From contig CM052818.1 of assembly GCA_028534125.1 (NCBI GenBank), positions 31,000,001 to 31,064,000 on the forward strand: a stretch of DNA of 64,000 nucleotides. Direction: 5' to 3'. Numbering within the stretch: the first letter of the stretch is position 1; each line of letters starts with the position of its first letter. A model generated the notes under the pieces. The model had not been told where the DNA came from and ran no database searches. It worked only from the letters and a program-made list of their open reading frames with translations. Shown here piece after piece: positions 51,694 to 62,920 of the stretch. Source of the DNA: Lama glama. Its lineage: Eukaryota. Made by a program: the position numbers and the translations under genes.

Positions 51694-53050
51694 GTAAGTC
51701 TCCCTTCTAGTTGGTTTGTGCAGAGAGTTAAGAGGAGCCATGGCTCACAGGCCCGACGCAAGTGGTCCCTACAGGCCTATCTGCTCAGCTGGTCTCCAAG
51801 CCTGTGGTCTCTTCAGGGCCCGGGCTGAGGCTGTTCTCCCTTCATGTCCCTTCTTGCTCCTGTCTGGGAGGAGCAGTAGCAGGAGGTCTCCCCTAGAGCA
51901 GTGCTCCAGCTTTGTAGGGATAGAATAGGACAGGGAAGGGCATTAAATGCCAGATACCATTACATAAGATGTCTCATTAGTCCTCCTCAAACTGAGAAAT
52001 GGGTATAATCACTCCTGTTTTACAGATGAGGAGACTGAGGCTTTTTACAGTTTAAGGTAGTTGCCCTGGCTCACACCCCTGCAGGAGTAGGCTCAGACCA
52101 CACCTGTCTGGTTCCAAAACAATATGATGTCATGTTCCCCAACCCAGAGCTGATTTGAGTCGAGAAAAATGGCAGCTTCACTGATATTATCCTTCCCCTT
52201 TTGGGGAGAGACAACCAGTGGCTTTTTGTCATCTAATATCCCTCAGTCATTCTGAGGCTGTTGAGCAGATGGGATTTTTGCAGACTCCATGTCATAGGTG
52301 GAGCCCATCACTGCTCGAGAAGATGAAACTAGACCCCACCAAAATGATCTGTATTCCTAAAACCGTAAACCCACGCTGTCCCTCCGGTTCTCCTGATCAG
52401 AGCCTCCTCAGGAATTTATTCTGAGTCCTCATTTAACTTCCAGTCCATTGGCCATGTCCATCCATCCCTCCTTTCTTCACTTCCTTCCTTCTCCAGCTTG
52501 GGTTCCACTCTTGTTTAAAAAGAGTGCTTAAAAGATGTCCTCAGGTCTTTTGCCCTGTTGAGCATCTGTCAACACTCCCAAATGAAGTTCTCTCAACCCT
52601 GGATGAGCCTGACTTTGAACTTTTCTCCCCTCGGCACATGCTGCTGAGCAGTTCTGGGTATTAGCCAGTGCTGCTAACACTCCGTGGCCATCATCAGTCT
52701 CAGAGAGGCCCTCAGTGGATGTCTTGGTCCCGCCACCTGGCCTGGCCAGCGTTCCTTCTCAGTCTCCATTTGTACCGTCTCTGCTCTCCCCAGCTGCTGC
52801 ATCTGCCCCCGTCCTTTCACTCACAGCAGATGACACCTCTGCTTTATAGATGAAATAGCATCAACTTCCCAGGACACACCAACCTATAAACTTCACTGTA
52901 TCTGCACCATTCTTCTGGTCTCTTTCATCACACAAGGTGTGCCCCCTGCGGTATCAGGGCAGCCCTCTACCTGTTCTCCAGATGCACCCTTCACTCCTAC
53001 ATTCACTCATAAATCAACGTTTATCGAGTTCCTACTGCCTAGATTCATCT

Positions 53051-53182
53051 NNNNNNNNNNNNNNNNNNNNNNNNNNNNNNNNNNNNNNNNNNNNNNNNNN
53101 NNNNNNNNNNNNNNNNNNNNNNNNNNNNNNNNNNNNNNNNNNNNNNNNNNNNNNNNNNNNNNNNNNNNNNNNNNNNNNNNNN
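53051..53182. other. Assembly gap (132 N)
   Basis: Run of n characters. Confidence 1.
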
Positions 53183-53206
53183 GGACCTCAGGAGCAAGGT
53201 TCCAGG

Positions 53207-53381
53207 GCAATGGTTCTCAAACTGCCCGCACATCGCAATCACCAGGGGAGCTTCAAAGAATACTGATGCCTCTACTCCACCCCCAGAGAGTGGATTTAGT
53301 CTGGGCTGTGGCCTGGGCTATGGAATGTGTAAAAGACCACCCCCCACCAGGTGATTCTTATGTGCAGTGTGGGGTCCACTG
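53207..53381. mobile_element. MER5A1-like hAT-Charlie MITE
   Basis: caatggttctcaaact...aatcaccaggggagctt...tactgatgcc...caccccagagag...ccaggtgattcttatgtgcag...ccactg. Confidence 0.75.
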
Positions 53382-55195
53382 TTCTAGGGGACTTTGTCCT
53401 CCGTGCGCCTTCTCTCTCCCTGATCACCAGTCTCTCTTCTCTTTTGCATGATTCCCATTAGCATTTAAATTTATTCAGTATCTTACACAGCTTTTAAAAA
53501 GAAAAGAAGAGAAGGAAAGAAAACAAACTACAAGAACTCTTTCTCAATCCAACAATGCTTGTCACCTACACCCTATCTTCTGCTTCTTCAGAGCCAAGCT
53601 TCATGAAAGCTGCCTGCATCGCTCCCCCAGCTCCTCTCCTGACTGTGATCTGAGGCTGTGCCTTCCACCCCTGCTATCACTCCCACCTGGCCCACCCATG
53701 ACTCCCTGGGGCCCCTCACCTTCCTCTGTGTTACCCCACTGGTATGAGTCTTCTCACACCTAACCCCCTTCAGGCGCACCTCTGACCTCTGGGTTTCCAG
53801 AACTGCAGGCTTGGCTCTTGTCCCGCAGTGCAGGTTGCCCTCTCCCAGGCCCCTTTGCGGGGGACTCTCCCCATCCTTATATGTTGGTCTTCCCTGAGAG
53901 TCTGTCATAAGCCCTCCTCTCACTCCACATTCTCCCTGGCATCAACCACCGCTTGTGTACTGCTCACACTCGCATCTCCATCCCTAACCTGCACCTTGTC
54001 TCTGAGTGCCATCCCTTGGATCCAAGTAGCAGCTGGACATCTCTGCCTGGGTGTCTCCCAGGGTGCTCCAACTCAGCAAGTCCTAACTGAATGCATCCTC
54101 TTCATTCCTGAACTGGCCCCTCACCCCAGGTTCCCCATCTCCGTGCACACTCTTCCTTGCATCTTGTTGTCCAAGCCAGAAATCTGCATGTCAACCTTGA
54201 CCGCACTCCCACATCTAAACAATCACCAAATCCTGGAGATCCTGCCTCATTCATGCACTGAGCATCCGGGTTCTTGCAAATACTGAACATTTACTGTTCA
54301 GAAATACTAAACTTAGCATTAAAAAAATGTTATTCCTGCCCTCTTGTTGATTAGAGTCTGATGAGGAAATGTGGTTAGTGCTGAATAAGAAGTCCTATTC
54401 CCTTGAAAGCACCTGGTCCCATCTCTGGGGTGGAAGGAGGTGAAGCTGGACAGAGCAGGGCCAGTTCTGTGTGGTTGCCCAGGAAGGACAAGGTGTAAAG
54501 GGAACTCAGGCAGGACTGGTGGTGCGGACGGAGAGAAATGGAGGGACTCGCACCTGTCCCTGTTCTCCATTCCCGCCCCCACTTCTCTGCCAGAAAGCAT
54601 GGTCAGTACCTTGGTTTCTACAGCTGCCTCCTATCCACGCTCCTAGCTTTGCCCATCAGATCTGTTCACCATAAGTAAGATGCTCTTAAAGGACGGGCAT
54701 CACCATGTCATGCTCTGCTGAGAACCCGTCTTTGGCATCCCATTGCCCTTAAAGCCCAAGCTCCTCCACCAGACCCTTTATGGTCTGTGTCTGTCCTCCC
54801 TCCGCCCCCGCTTCTCTTCTCCTCCCATACATATTCTAGCTTCCTGTAGCGCTGCTCCTGCCAGCGGAACCCTTCCCACTTCACACACACTCATCTCTCG
54901 TGGCTCTTCCCTGCCCTTACCAGGGCCTACCACCTCACCCACTTTGTGGTTTGTCTAGACAACGTCTACTTTCCTTCCAGATTCCAGCTTCCACATTACC
55001 ACCTGACCACCACCAACCCCAACAAGCAAAGGGCCACCTCTGAGGGGCTGCCATATCCCCTGCAGGCCCAGCCCACGTCCACATCAGGTTGTGAGCACTT
55101 GGTTCATTCATTACCCATCTCTTGCTTGAAAGCTTACCATCACATCCCACAATGGGCACAACGGCACATAATAGGTCCTCAGTAAATGTATGATG

Positions 55196-55284
55196 GTCTA
55201 CGGCCATACCACCCTGAACGCGCCCGATCTCGTCTGATCTCGGAAGCTAAGCAGGGTCGGGCCTGGTTAGTACTTGGATGGGAG
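55196..55284 (+). pseudogene. 5S rRNA retropseudogene, 3'-truncated (5S nt 1-89), in GALNT14 intron 11
   Basis: GTCTACGGCCATACCACCCTGAACGCG...GGTTAGTACTTGGATGGGAG equals the first 89 nt of mammalian 5S rRNA as I recall it. The last ~30 nt are absent and there is no poly(A). Flanked by an imperfect direct repeat, TAAATGTATGATG (55183-55195) / TAAAAGTGTGATG (55285-55297). Confidence 0.95.
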
Positions 55285-55746
55285 TAAAAGTGTGATGAAC
55301 AAATACATGACCACGCCCCCAAACCAGCTAAAGAACAGGGTTTTCTGAGGCTGGAGTGGTCTAGAGAAGGGGGATGGTATTTCAACATCTGAAGCCAAAG
55401 AGAGATTTGTGAGTAAGTAGACCCAGAGCCCCGGTGGTGAATTATTAACAACCCACTGAATGTGCTTGTAGCCTTGTTTTTAATGAAAAGTAAAAAACAC
55501 CCTCAAATTCTGTGTTCAAATAAAAGCACAAATCTTCGGTGCCATTATTGTGAGATATCACTAAGTGTTTCCATAGCTCTGTCTGGAGCTCTCAGTTGAT
55601 TTCCCCAGCACCCTCTGGAGAGACGTGGGCGCAGAGCGTGAGCACAGCCTGTGTTTTGCACTTCCCACCCTGGGTGCGTGTGGCTGGTACCTGTCTCTGA
55701 CACAGCTATATTTTGTCTTTGTGTCTACCCACCCCCGTCACCCCAG

Positions 55747-55830
55747 CATTGAGAGCAGAGTGGACCTGAGGAGGAATTTGCAGTGCCAGAGCTTCAAGTG
55801 GTACCTGGAGAATGTCTATCCAGAACTCAG
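55747..55830 (+). CDS. GALNT14: GALNT14 exon 12: (N)[27 protein letters not shown](R)
   Basis: accccag| acceptor, CAG|gtacct donor; 84 nt; [12 protein letters not shown] motif at the end of the catalytic domain. Confidence 0.96.
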
Positions 55831-56317
55831 GTACCTCCCCTATGGCCTGAGCCTTGGTTGGCTGCAGGGAGACTCAGCTGACTCAGTCTGGAGAGGGGAC
55901 CGCCTGTGGCCATCTGGATGAGGGTTTTTAAGTACATGGAGGTCTGAGAAGACCAGTTAACTCCTCTTATCCCTGACACCCGAAGAGGAATTACATTAAT
56001 CAGTAGCATGAGGGACTGAGGTCGGCTTAGCAGTAATTTCTTAGCTGTGGGAGTTTGAGCTCCGGGGTGTGACCTCAGGGCATGGACTCGCTGACCCTGA
56101 TTCCGGTCCAGGCTCCAGACTACTGAGTCTTTCCTTGCTGCCTTGTTCCTAGTGGTACCTCCCCCACCCCCAGGCCCTGAGCAGTCCAGGTCATGGTAAC
56201 ACAGACCAAAGCAAAATGCCCCTGCTGTTCTCCCAGCACCGCCTGACCTCTCTAGCGGCTGCTGGTGTTACATCCAAAGAGCTGTGGGTTCTCATCCGTC
56301 CTGTGGCTTTCCTCTAG

Positions 56318-56462
56318 AGTGCCTAAGGATGCCTCCATCCAGAAGGGCAATATCCGACAGAGGCAGAAGTGCCTAGAGTCTCAAAAGCAGAAAGACCAGG
56401 AGATCTCCAACCTCAGGTTAAGCCCCTGTGTCAAGATTGAAGGCAAGGATGCAAAGTCCCAG
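56318..56462 (+). CDS. GALNT14: GALNT14 exon 13 (linker + ricin-B lectin alpha subdomain): (R)[48 protein letters not shown]
   Basis: tttcctctag| acceptor, CAG|gtaaag donor; 145 nt; G.IRQ...CLE...L.PC pattern. Confidence 0.95.
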
Positions 56463-58298
56463 GTAAAGTCACTGGCTGGGGATACTTGAACGTGTGCATG
56501 GACTTAAGCCTCTGTGACTTGCTTTTACATGACATCAGGTGTCAGTTATACCCAGAGCTCAACAGCAGAGCAGGAGAAGCATGAGCCCCCTTACTCTGGG
56601 GCTGGGTTCACTCCATTAGGCCTGAAAGTGCACGGACTCTCTGAAAGATGCCTCACCAGGCAGTTTAGCACCGATAGGAAATTGCCATGAAATTAGCAAG
56701 AGTTCAATGAGTGTGTCATTGGTGTCCAAGCTGCTGGCAGTAAGTGTGGGCTGGGTGAGGCAGGGTGGGTGGCACAACTAGCTCTAAAGTAAGAGATGCA
56801 GAGAGAAAAGCATGCTGCTGGGTGACACTGCCTCCAGGACGCAATGCTCGTTCTGTGAGTCTCCCCGCCGACTTAACCCTGACTTCCAGGTAGTCGCATC
56901 AGATGTGGTAAAGCCATCCCCATTGTCCGCCGCCCCCATCTCTGGGCAGGGCCCTTGATCATCCCTGTCTGGCTCCCCCTGTGCTATCTCCTGCTTCCCC
57001 CCAAGTCTGGAGGGACCTCCCTCGCCCCTCCTCAGAAAGGTTTACTTGTGCCTTAGCTGATTCATCAGCACCGTGGGTCAGTGTCCTTCCCTCTGAGGAT
57101 GGAACTCTTTTAAAAGTTGCTGACAAATTCACAGCCTGTCTCAACCTCTGTAACACTTGGCCTTCTGGATGCATTAAAGCACATGCATCTCATAACTTCC
57201 TTCTTGGCTCGGAGACACTGTGTGATCCTGATTCTCCTGCGTTCCTGTTCTTTCCACCTCTGGTTTTTTGGGTTGCTTTTTTTTTTTTTTTTTGCCAGCT
57301 CCTCTCCCCAACTCTCATACCCCTACAGTGCGTATTCACCAAAGTTCTCAATTCACTGTTCTTTTCTCTATAAATGGTCTCTTGGAGGTTTTATCCATGC
57401 CTCCAGCCTTGGCAACCTTCTTTGTTTTGTCACAAATTCTGTGTCTTTGTCCATCCATGAATTCATTCATTCATTCAGCAGACATCTACGTTCTCTGCTG
57501 ACTGTGGAGATGCACAGGGAAAGCTGAGTTGCAGCTCTCCATGGCGCCTCGAGGGATCTAATGCAGAAAGAAGGAAGTCAGCAGCCATTGCCATATAATC
57601 TCTGTCCTGGATAGAGCTTGGCCCACAATGCTATAGACGTGCAGAGAGAGGGTATCCAGCTTATGCACAGGGTTGGAGACATCTTCCCAGAGGACCTGAA
57701 AATGAGCTGCATCCTGAGAGATGAGTAGAAATAGGACAGGTCAGGAAGGGGAGAAAGGGCAGGCCGGGAAGTCCAGCGTGGACCAAGTTCTGGGGCTGGG
57801 AGGCAGGCTGCCTTTGAAAGGCTGCAGGGGACTGTGATCAGAAGGGTGGGATGGTGAGGGAGCAGCAGCAGGTGAGGCTGGAGAGGAGGGAAGAGGCACA
57901 TCATGGCGCATCCCAAGCTGAGGAGGCTGGGTTTTATCCTCAGAGGGAGGAGGCTGTGAGACCCGAGGAGAGGGCTCAGGGGTGGCAGGTTTACACTTAA
58001 ACCTCCCTCCTGAACCCTTCATCTCCCACGCTGCATGATCAGGTGAGTCCACAACCATGACAAACGCCTCTGAAATTCAAGCCAGCAGGTGGCTCCAAGC
58101 CCGTGTCAGGCACCCCGGCCATCTCACCACCCCACACATTCTCTCCAGGTGGCCGCCTTCTCCTAAGCGCCGTGCTTCCAGTCCTGTCTGTCTCCCGTGG
58201 CTCCTCTTTTTCCTGCATCCCCCGTTCTGGCAAGTCCCATCACTTCTTCCCTCAGAATAGCTGCTCTTGGACCCAGCATTCATTTCTTCCTGCCAGAT

Positions 58299-58516
58299 CA
58301 GTGGTCCTTGGCCTTGGCACTACTGACATTGAGGCCAGATCACTCTTTGTGGTGGTGATGGTCCTGTGCACTATAAGCTGTCTAGCTGCATCCTTGGTCT
58401 CTGCCCACCAGATGCCAGTAGCACCCCCCCCACACACCAGTCGTGCCAATCAAAACTGTCTCCAGGCATGATCAGATGTCCCTGGAGGACAAAACCACCG
58501 TGCTTGGGAACCACTG
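58299..58516. mobile_element. MER20 hAT-Charlie DNA transposon, apparently full length
   Basis: Terminal inverted repeats CAGTGGT...ACCACTG; internal ggcactactgacatt...gtcctgtgcactat...cccaccagatgccagtagcacccc...aaaactgtctccag. Confidence 0.85.
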
Positions 58517-61500
58517 TTAGATTATGACCACAGCCTCCAGCAACATGCAGTCACCAAACCACCGTTCTCCATCACTACACAGCTTTCAGTGTCTCCTTGT
58601 TGTCTACTGCAAAAATTCGCACCTTTGGCCTGGCATTCAAGGCCTCTCACCACCAAACTCCAGCTTGCCAGGACTTCTCCAAAAATTGTCCAGCGGGACA
58701 CGGGAGGGGCTGCCTGAGTCAGACAGGAAGAGAGAAGAGAAACACCACAGTTTTTCTCAAAGTCAGTTTTACTTTGGGTTGGCTGAGAATGAGGATGACA
58801 CCATTTGCTCAAGTGGCGTTTTGTAGAATAAGTAGATAACGGACTTCCCTCTCTCCTCAATCTGTGTGTGTGGGCTCTGCTCATGGGGGGTCACAAACAG
58901 CAAGAATGTTGTTGCCCCCTTTCCCTGGGATAGGAGTTTACCTCATCTGTTTCTAGCAAAGCAGGGTTTTTTTCTGGTACCTAATGTGGTTGGCTGCATA
59001 AGAAAGTGTGAGGGGGAGTGATGGGATCTCTGGGTCTCAGGGAGGGACCCCCTATATCCCAGCCCTGGGCAGAGGTTGCCGGGCCTCTATTTGACTGGAG
59101 GGTGGTGGTACCTACTCTAGCCAGTGTTCTGGTGGAGTGAGAAAGGGGAGGGAAAAAGGCTGTCATCTGTGGGAAATTAAAGTGAATCACAGTAACAGTC
59201 TTCAAGTGAGCAAAGAGTTCTTTTCTGGAAGAGAGTGCCAAACTGTCACTCCTCTCTGCTTTGGAGAGAACAGTTGGGTTTGTGTGGCAGCAGTGTGAAT
59301 TTGGGATCTCAGAAGAACACACTGAGATGGAATGATGTTCAGTTCATTTCAACAGATCTCACCATGTCAGCGGTGCACTGGGCACTGGGCTGCACACTGG
59401 GGAGCAAGATGGGCTGAGGCAGACTTAAACAGCACCCCTCCTAGCAGGGCCCGCGGCCAACAGCAGGCCTGGGATGCCTGGCCCAGCGTTCTGAAGGCGT
59501 GACACCCATTGATAGGAATCCACATAACTATTTCAGCTAGAATATTCCCCCGAGTGTGTGCACTGGGCGTGTGTGCATGCTCATGTGTGCTCATGCCCGT
59601 GTGTGCGCGTATGTGGCGTATACACCCTCGCAGGACTGATGGATGTTCCCTTTCTCTTCCCTTCCGTGTTCCCGCCTCCTCCCTACATGCACTAGTGGCC
59701 CTGTCTTCCTGCCTCCTCTTGTGCAAGTGCACTGTGGCATCCGGTGTTCCCTCCTGCTTTCCCTGCTTGTCCTGCCCCTCAGCCTGGCTGCAGGGAGTTG
59801 CATCTGCCCCTCAGACCCCTTCGTGTGACCCATTCAGCCTTCCCTCCTGCCCCCACCTCTCTGTCTCTGAGAGGACACATCAAGGATGTGACATAAAAAC
59901 CCGATTAAGTAGGTATTACTATTCTCCTCATTTTACAGATGATGAAATGAAGGCCTGGAGAGATTGTCCAAGGTCGTAGACTAGCAAGTGAGGAAGACAG
60001 GGTTTGGGAAATCTAGCCACCACCCCATAGCTCCGCTGTTGCTGCTGCTGCTGGAGTCATGGCTGGTTCTGGGCCTTTTTATTCAAGTTCAATTGATGGA
60101 GATGTCTGTCTCTGCGATCCCTCTTCCAGGCTGTAAATATTAAAAGTGTAGATCAGCTCTCTCCTGTCAAGGCAAGAGATCCTTCCTCTTGACCAGTTCC
60201 CAGCGCCAGCCCCTATGAGAAGGGAAACCAAGGTCATGCCCCATGTCAGGACAGGGAGGGGACAGATCAGAGATTAGGCTCCTCCCCTCACATTAATGGA
60301 AAGGGAGGCAAGAGTGTGAATGGAGGCCCATACTCAAGGACTCCACACCAGACCAGGGGACGCACAGGCACTGGTTTCCAGCCTGGGATGCCTCCCTTTT
60401 CTTCTTACCCCTGCCTCTGTTTCCCACTGTGAACTCCCAGCCCACCTCTCTCCCACTTGCTCACTCCCCTCTAGACAGTCCCCCTAGGGTCAAGGTGTAT
60501 GTACTAGGGATACAGTCCACCCTCTGGAACAGACCTGGGGGCAGAGATCCACACAGGTCCTGAAATCAGGCTCCCGTGCTTGGGTGGAGGATTTTAGGGT
60601 CCTCGATATGTGGGGTGAAAGAGCAGCAGAGGGTAGGCGTCAGGAGGTCTGAGTTCTGCTTCCAGCTGTCCACTCACTCTCCGGATGGTGTGTCCCTGGG
60701 GACATGGGTGTTCTTGTTGTTGAGAAGAGACTACCTGACCATGACTGTCTTCTGACTCCGGTGCTGGCTCATGACCCGACTCCCTGCATCCCACAGCCCC
60801 ATCCATCCCTCATCCCCCCTTACCTCCCTTTCTTGGTTGGCTTGCCAACCTCAGAGCCAAATGTCTAATCTGGGTGTGCATTCAAGATGGCGGCACCCAA
60901 TGCCTTGGGTGAGAAACAGGAGAAACACACCATCCGTTTGTAAATGCGTCAAGCCCCAGAAACCTCCAGGGTAACGAGTTCCCTCTCAGTTGTATTGGAT
61001 TCCCTAGAAAATATTTGTGAAAGATAGAAAGAATACAGGTGCATCAGTCTAACTGCTATCCTAATTTAAAGAAAGGGAAGAAGTGTAAATTTGAAACCTT
61101 GCAGTGAACCCTTCCAGCTGCACCCCCAGCAGGTCAGGCTACTGGCTTAGGAAGGATGCATGCAGACAGCTGGATAGCCTGAGTCGGGGAGATGAAGGTC
61201 AGAGCCCTTCCCCCAAACCTGGACTCACATCAGCACCTCTCAGTGAGTCTGCAACCACTTTACTTCCCTGCCTGATACCAGCCTCTCCTTCCCGGCTTTC
61301 TCAGCACACTCTTGGGAATAGCGCTGTTGCAACCACCTCTCCAGCATCTCTCCTGGGAGGCAGAGCAGAGGCACTGTTTGGAGGAAGCTCTCCAGGGCCG
61401 CCTTGCCTCCTGCTGGCTTCCTCCATCGTCACAGTCAGCTCGCAGGCAGGAGCTGAGCACTTGCTCTGTGGCTAGCACCGTTCCGGATGCGTGTAGGGGT

Positions 61501-62715
61501 TAGCGTCTGTAGTAGGGGCTGCTGTTGTCTTCATTTCACACACGAGGGGACTGAGGCATAGAGTAAGTAACTCAGCCACATTTATGGGGTTAATAAACAG
61601 GTGAGCCAGGATTCCAGCCCTGGCAGTCACTCCAGAGCCCAACAACATAATCCAACACCATACGTACTAGGTGTGGGTTTGCAATCATATGTGTACGTGT
61701 GTTCTTACAACTTAGGAGGAAAGGACGGGATGGCCTGGAAACACAGACCCCGAAAGGGAGTCTAGCGCAGGTCCCAGTGGAAGGAGAGGAATGTGTCTCA
61801 GAGCCGCCCCTGGTCAGAGGGCCTCCAGCGGGGAGCAGCGAGGTCTGTGCCTGCAGCTGATGAGGGTCCCCCGCACGGCCGGTCAGTCCATCTGGGAGAC
61901 CCCACAGTAGTACGGATGTACCAAGGGGTCAGCTGAGCTAAAGGTTCATTCGAACCTTCTCGCTCACTGTCTACATCTTGTCTGAAGAGGGCTTGCAGGC
62001 ATTTTGGGTGGACTGGTGCATCACCCAGTGTGGCCTGAGAGGCTGGAGGCCAGCCTGTGGTCCTGGACGCACTCAGCTCAGATCCCGTCCCACCAAGGAC
62101 GTTCCACATTCCCAGGTGACCCCGGGGTCTGCCCCTGGCATTGCCCAGAGTAACCACTGCCCTCAGTCCCCTGTCCATCAGCACACGCTGACCTTCCAGG
62201 GTGGCTGTGAGGATTATGTAACAGTGAGCGTAAAGGATCTAGAACAGAAGCGTCTCTTGTCACAGAGCTATTTCGGCTGTCTCACCCCGGCACAGCATCC
62301 CAGTCACTGCATCATCTCCGTGTTTACTCTTCCTGCCCAGAAGAAGTTTTGAATGAGGAACTTGCCACCATCAGAAAATGACATGGGCTCCTGCCTTAAT
62401 GAAAACCCAGCCTCCTCACTTCTCTCCACATCTAAATGTTTCTCCATCCTCACCGAGCCACCCCTCTTGCCCACGTGTCAGAAAAATACTGCTGACAGGG
62501 ACCCTGCTCCACCAGGCATGGGGCTGAGGGTTCCACTTGCATCTTCTTGTTGAATCTTCACAACGACCCCGTGAACCACGCCCTGGTGGTGCCCCATTTC
62601 ATAGGTGGAGTAAACGAGGCTGAGAGAAGTTGACCAAGGCCACCTAGGCCACACTCGAGTCACACCAGAGCAGGCTTTATACTGCTGCCTCCAGAGACCA
62701 AGCGTTTAAGGCTAG

Positions 62716-62920
62716 GCTGTTTCTCGCCTTCAGCACCATTGACACCGGTCCCTGATGCCTGCTGTGGGGACCGTCCTGTGCACTGTAGGATGGTCAGCGG
62801 CACCCCTGGCTTCTACCCATTAGGCATGAGTAATACCTCCTCCCACCTAGTCCTAACAGTCAGAAAACGTCTCCCCTCGGGGGTGGATAGGGGCAGAATC
62901 ACCCCAGCTGAGAAGCACTG
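62716..62920. mobile_element. MER20 (second, more diverged copy)
   Basis: cagcaccattgaca...gtcctgtgcactgtaggatggtcagcggcacccctggcttctacccattag...gggcagaatcaccccagctgagaagcactg. Confidence 0.75.

Larger units (their letters stand above)
52380..55195 (+). mobile_element. Long degraded L2 LINE block, interrupted by the gap and a MER5 element; its 3' tail hosts the 5S retrocopy
   Basis: Pyrimidine-rich L2 body (ctggacatctctgcctgggtgtctccca...ccaagccagaaatctg...cccattgcccttaaagcccaagctcct) ending in the L2 terminus ggcacataataggtcctcagtaaatg. Confidence 0.65.
236..56462 (+). other. GALNT14: GALNT14 gene body (partial: coding exons 2-13; gene extends beyond both window ends)
   Basis: 12 GT-AG exons of 170,99,68,66,122,88,85,104,127,93,84,145 nt join with consistent phases into 417 codons without stops ([24 protein letters not shown]...FLDSHCE...[17 protein letters not shown]...[10 protein letters not shown]...CLESQ...DAKSQ). 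The peptide matches recalled mammalian GALNT14, not its paralogs GALNT2/GALNT16. Confidence 0.97.

Noticed and set aside
52937-53451. ORFs spanning the N run
   Set aside because: Artefacts of the assembly gap, where Ns mask stop codons.
55196-55284. Functional 5S rRNA gene
   Set aside because: It lacks the last ~30 nt (helix I partner, part of box C, terminator), is solitary and is flanked by a TSD.
56368-56382. CLE rather than CLD in the lectin alpha subdomain
   Set aside because: As I recall, human GALNT14 also has CLE here, so it is a known paralog feature rather than a novelty.
57944-58042. 99-nt pseudo-exon ending in CAG|GTGAGT in intron 13
   Set aside because: Short pyrimidine tract, repeat-derived context and an in-frame TAA; it has no similarity to the missing lectin exons.
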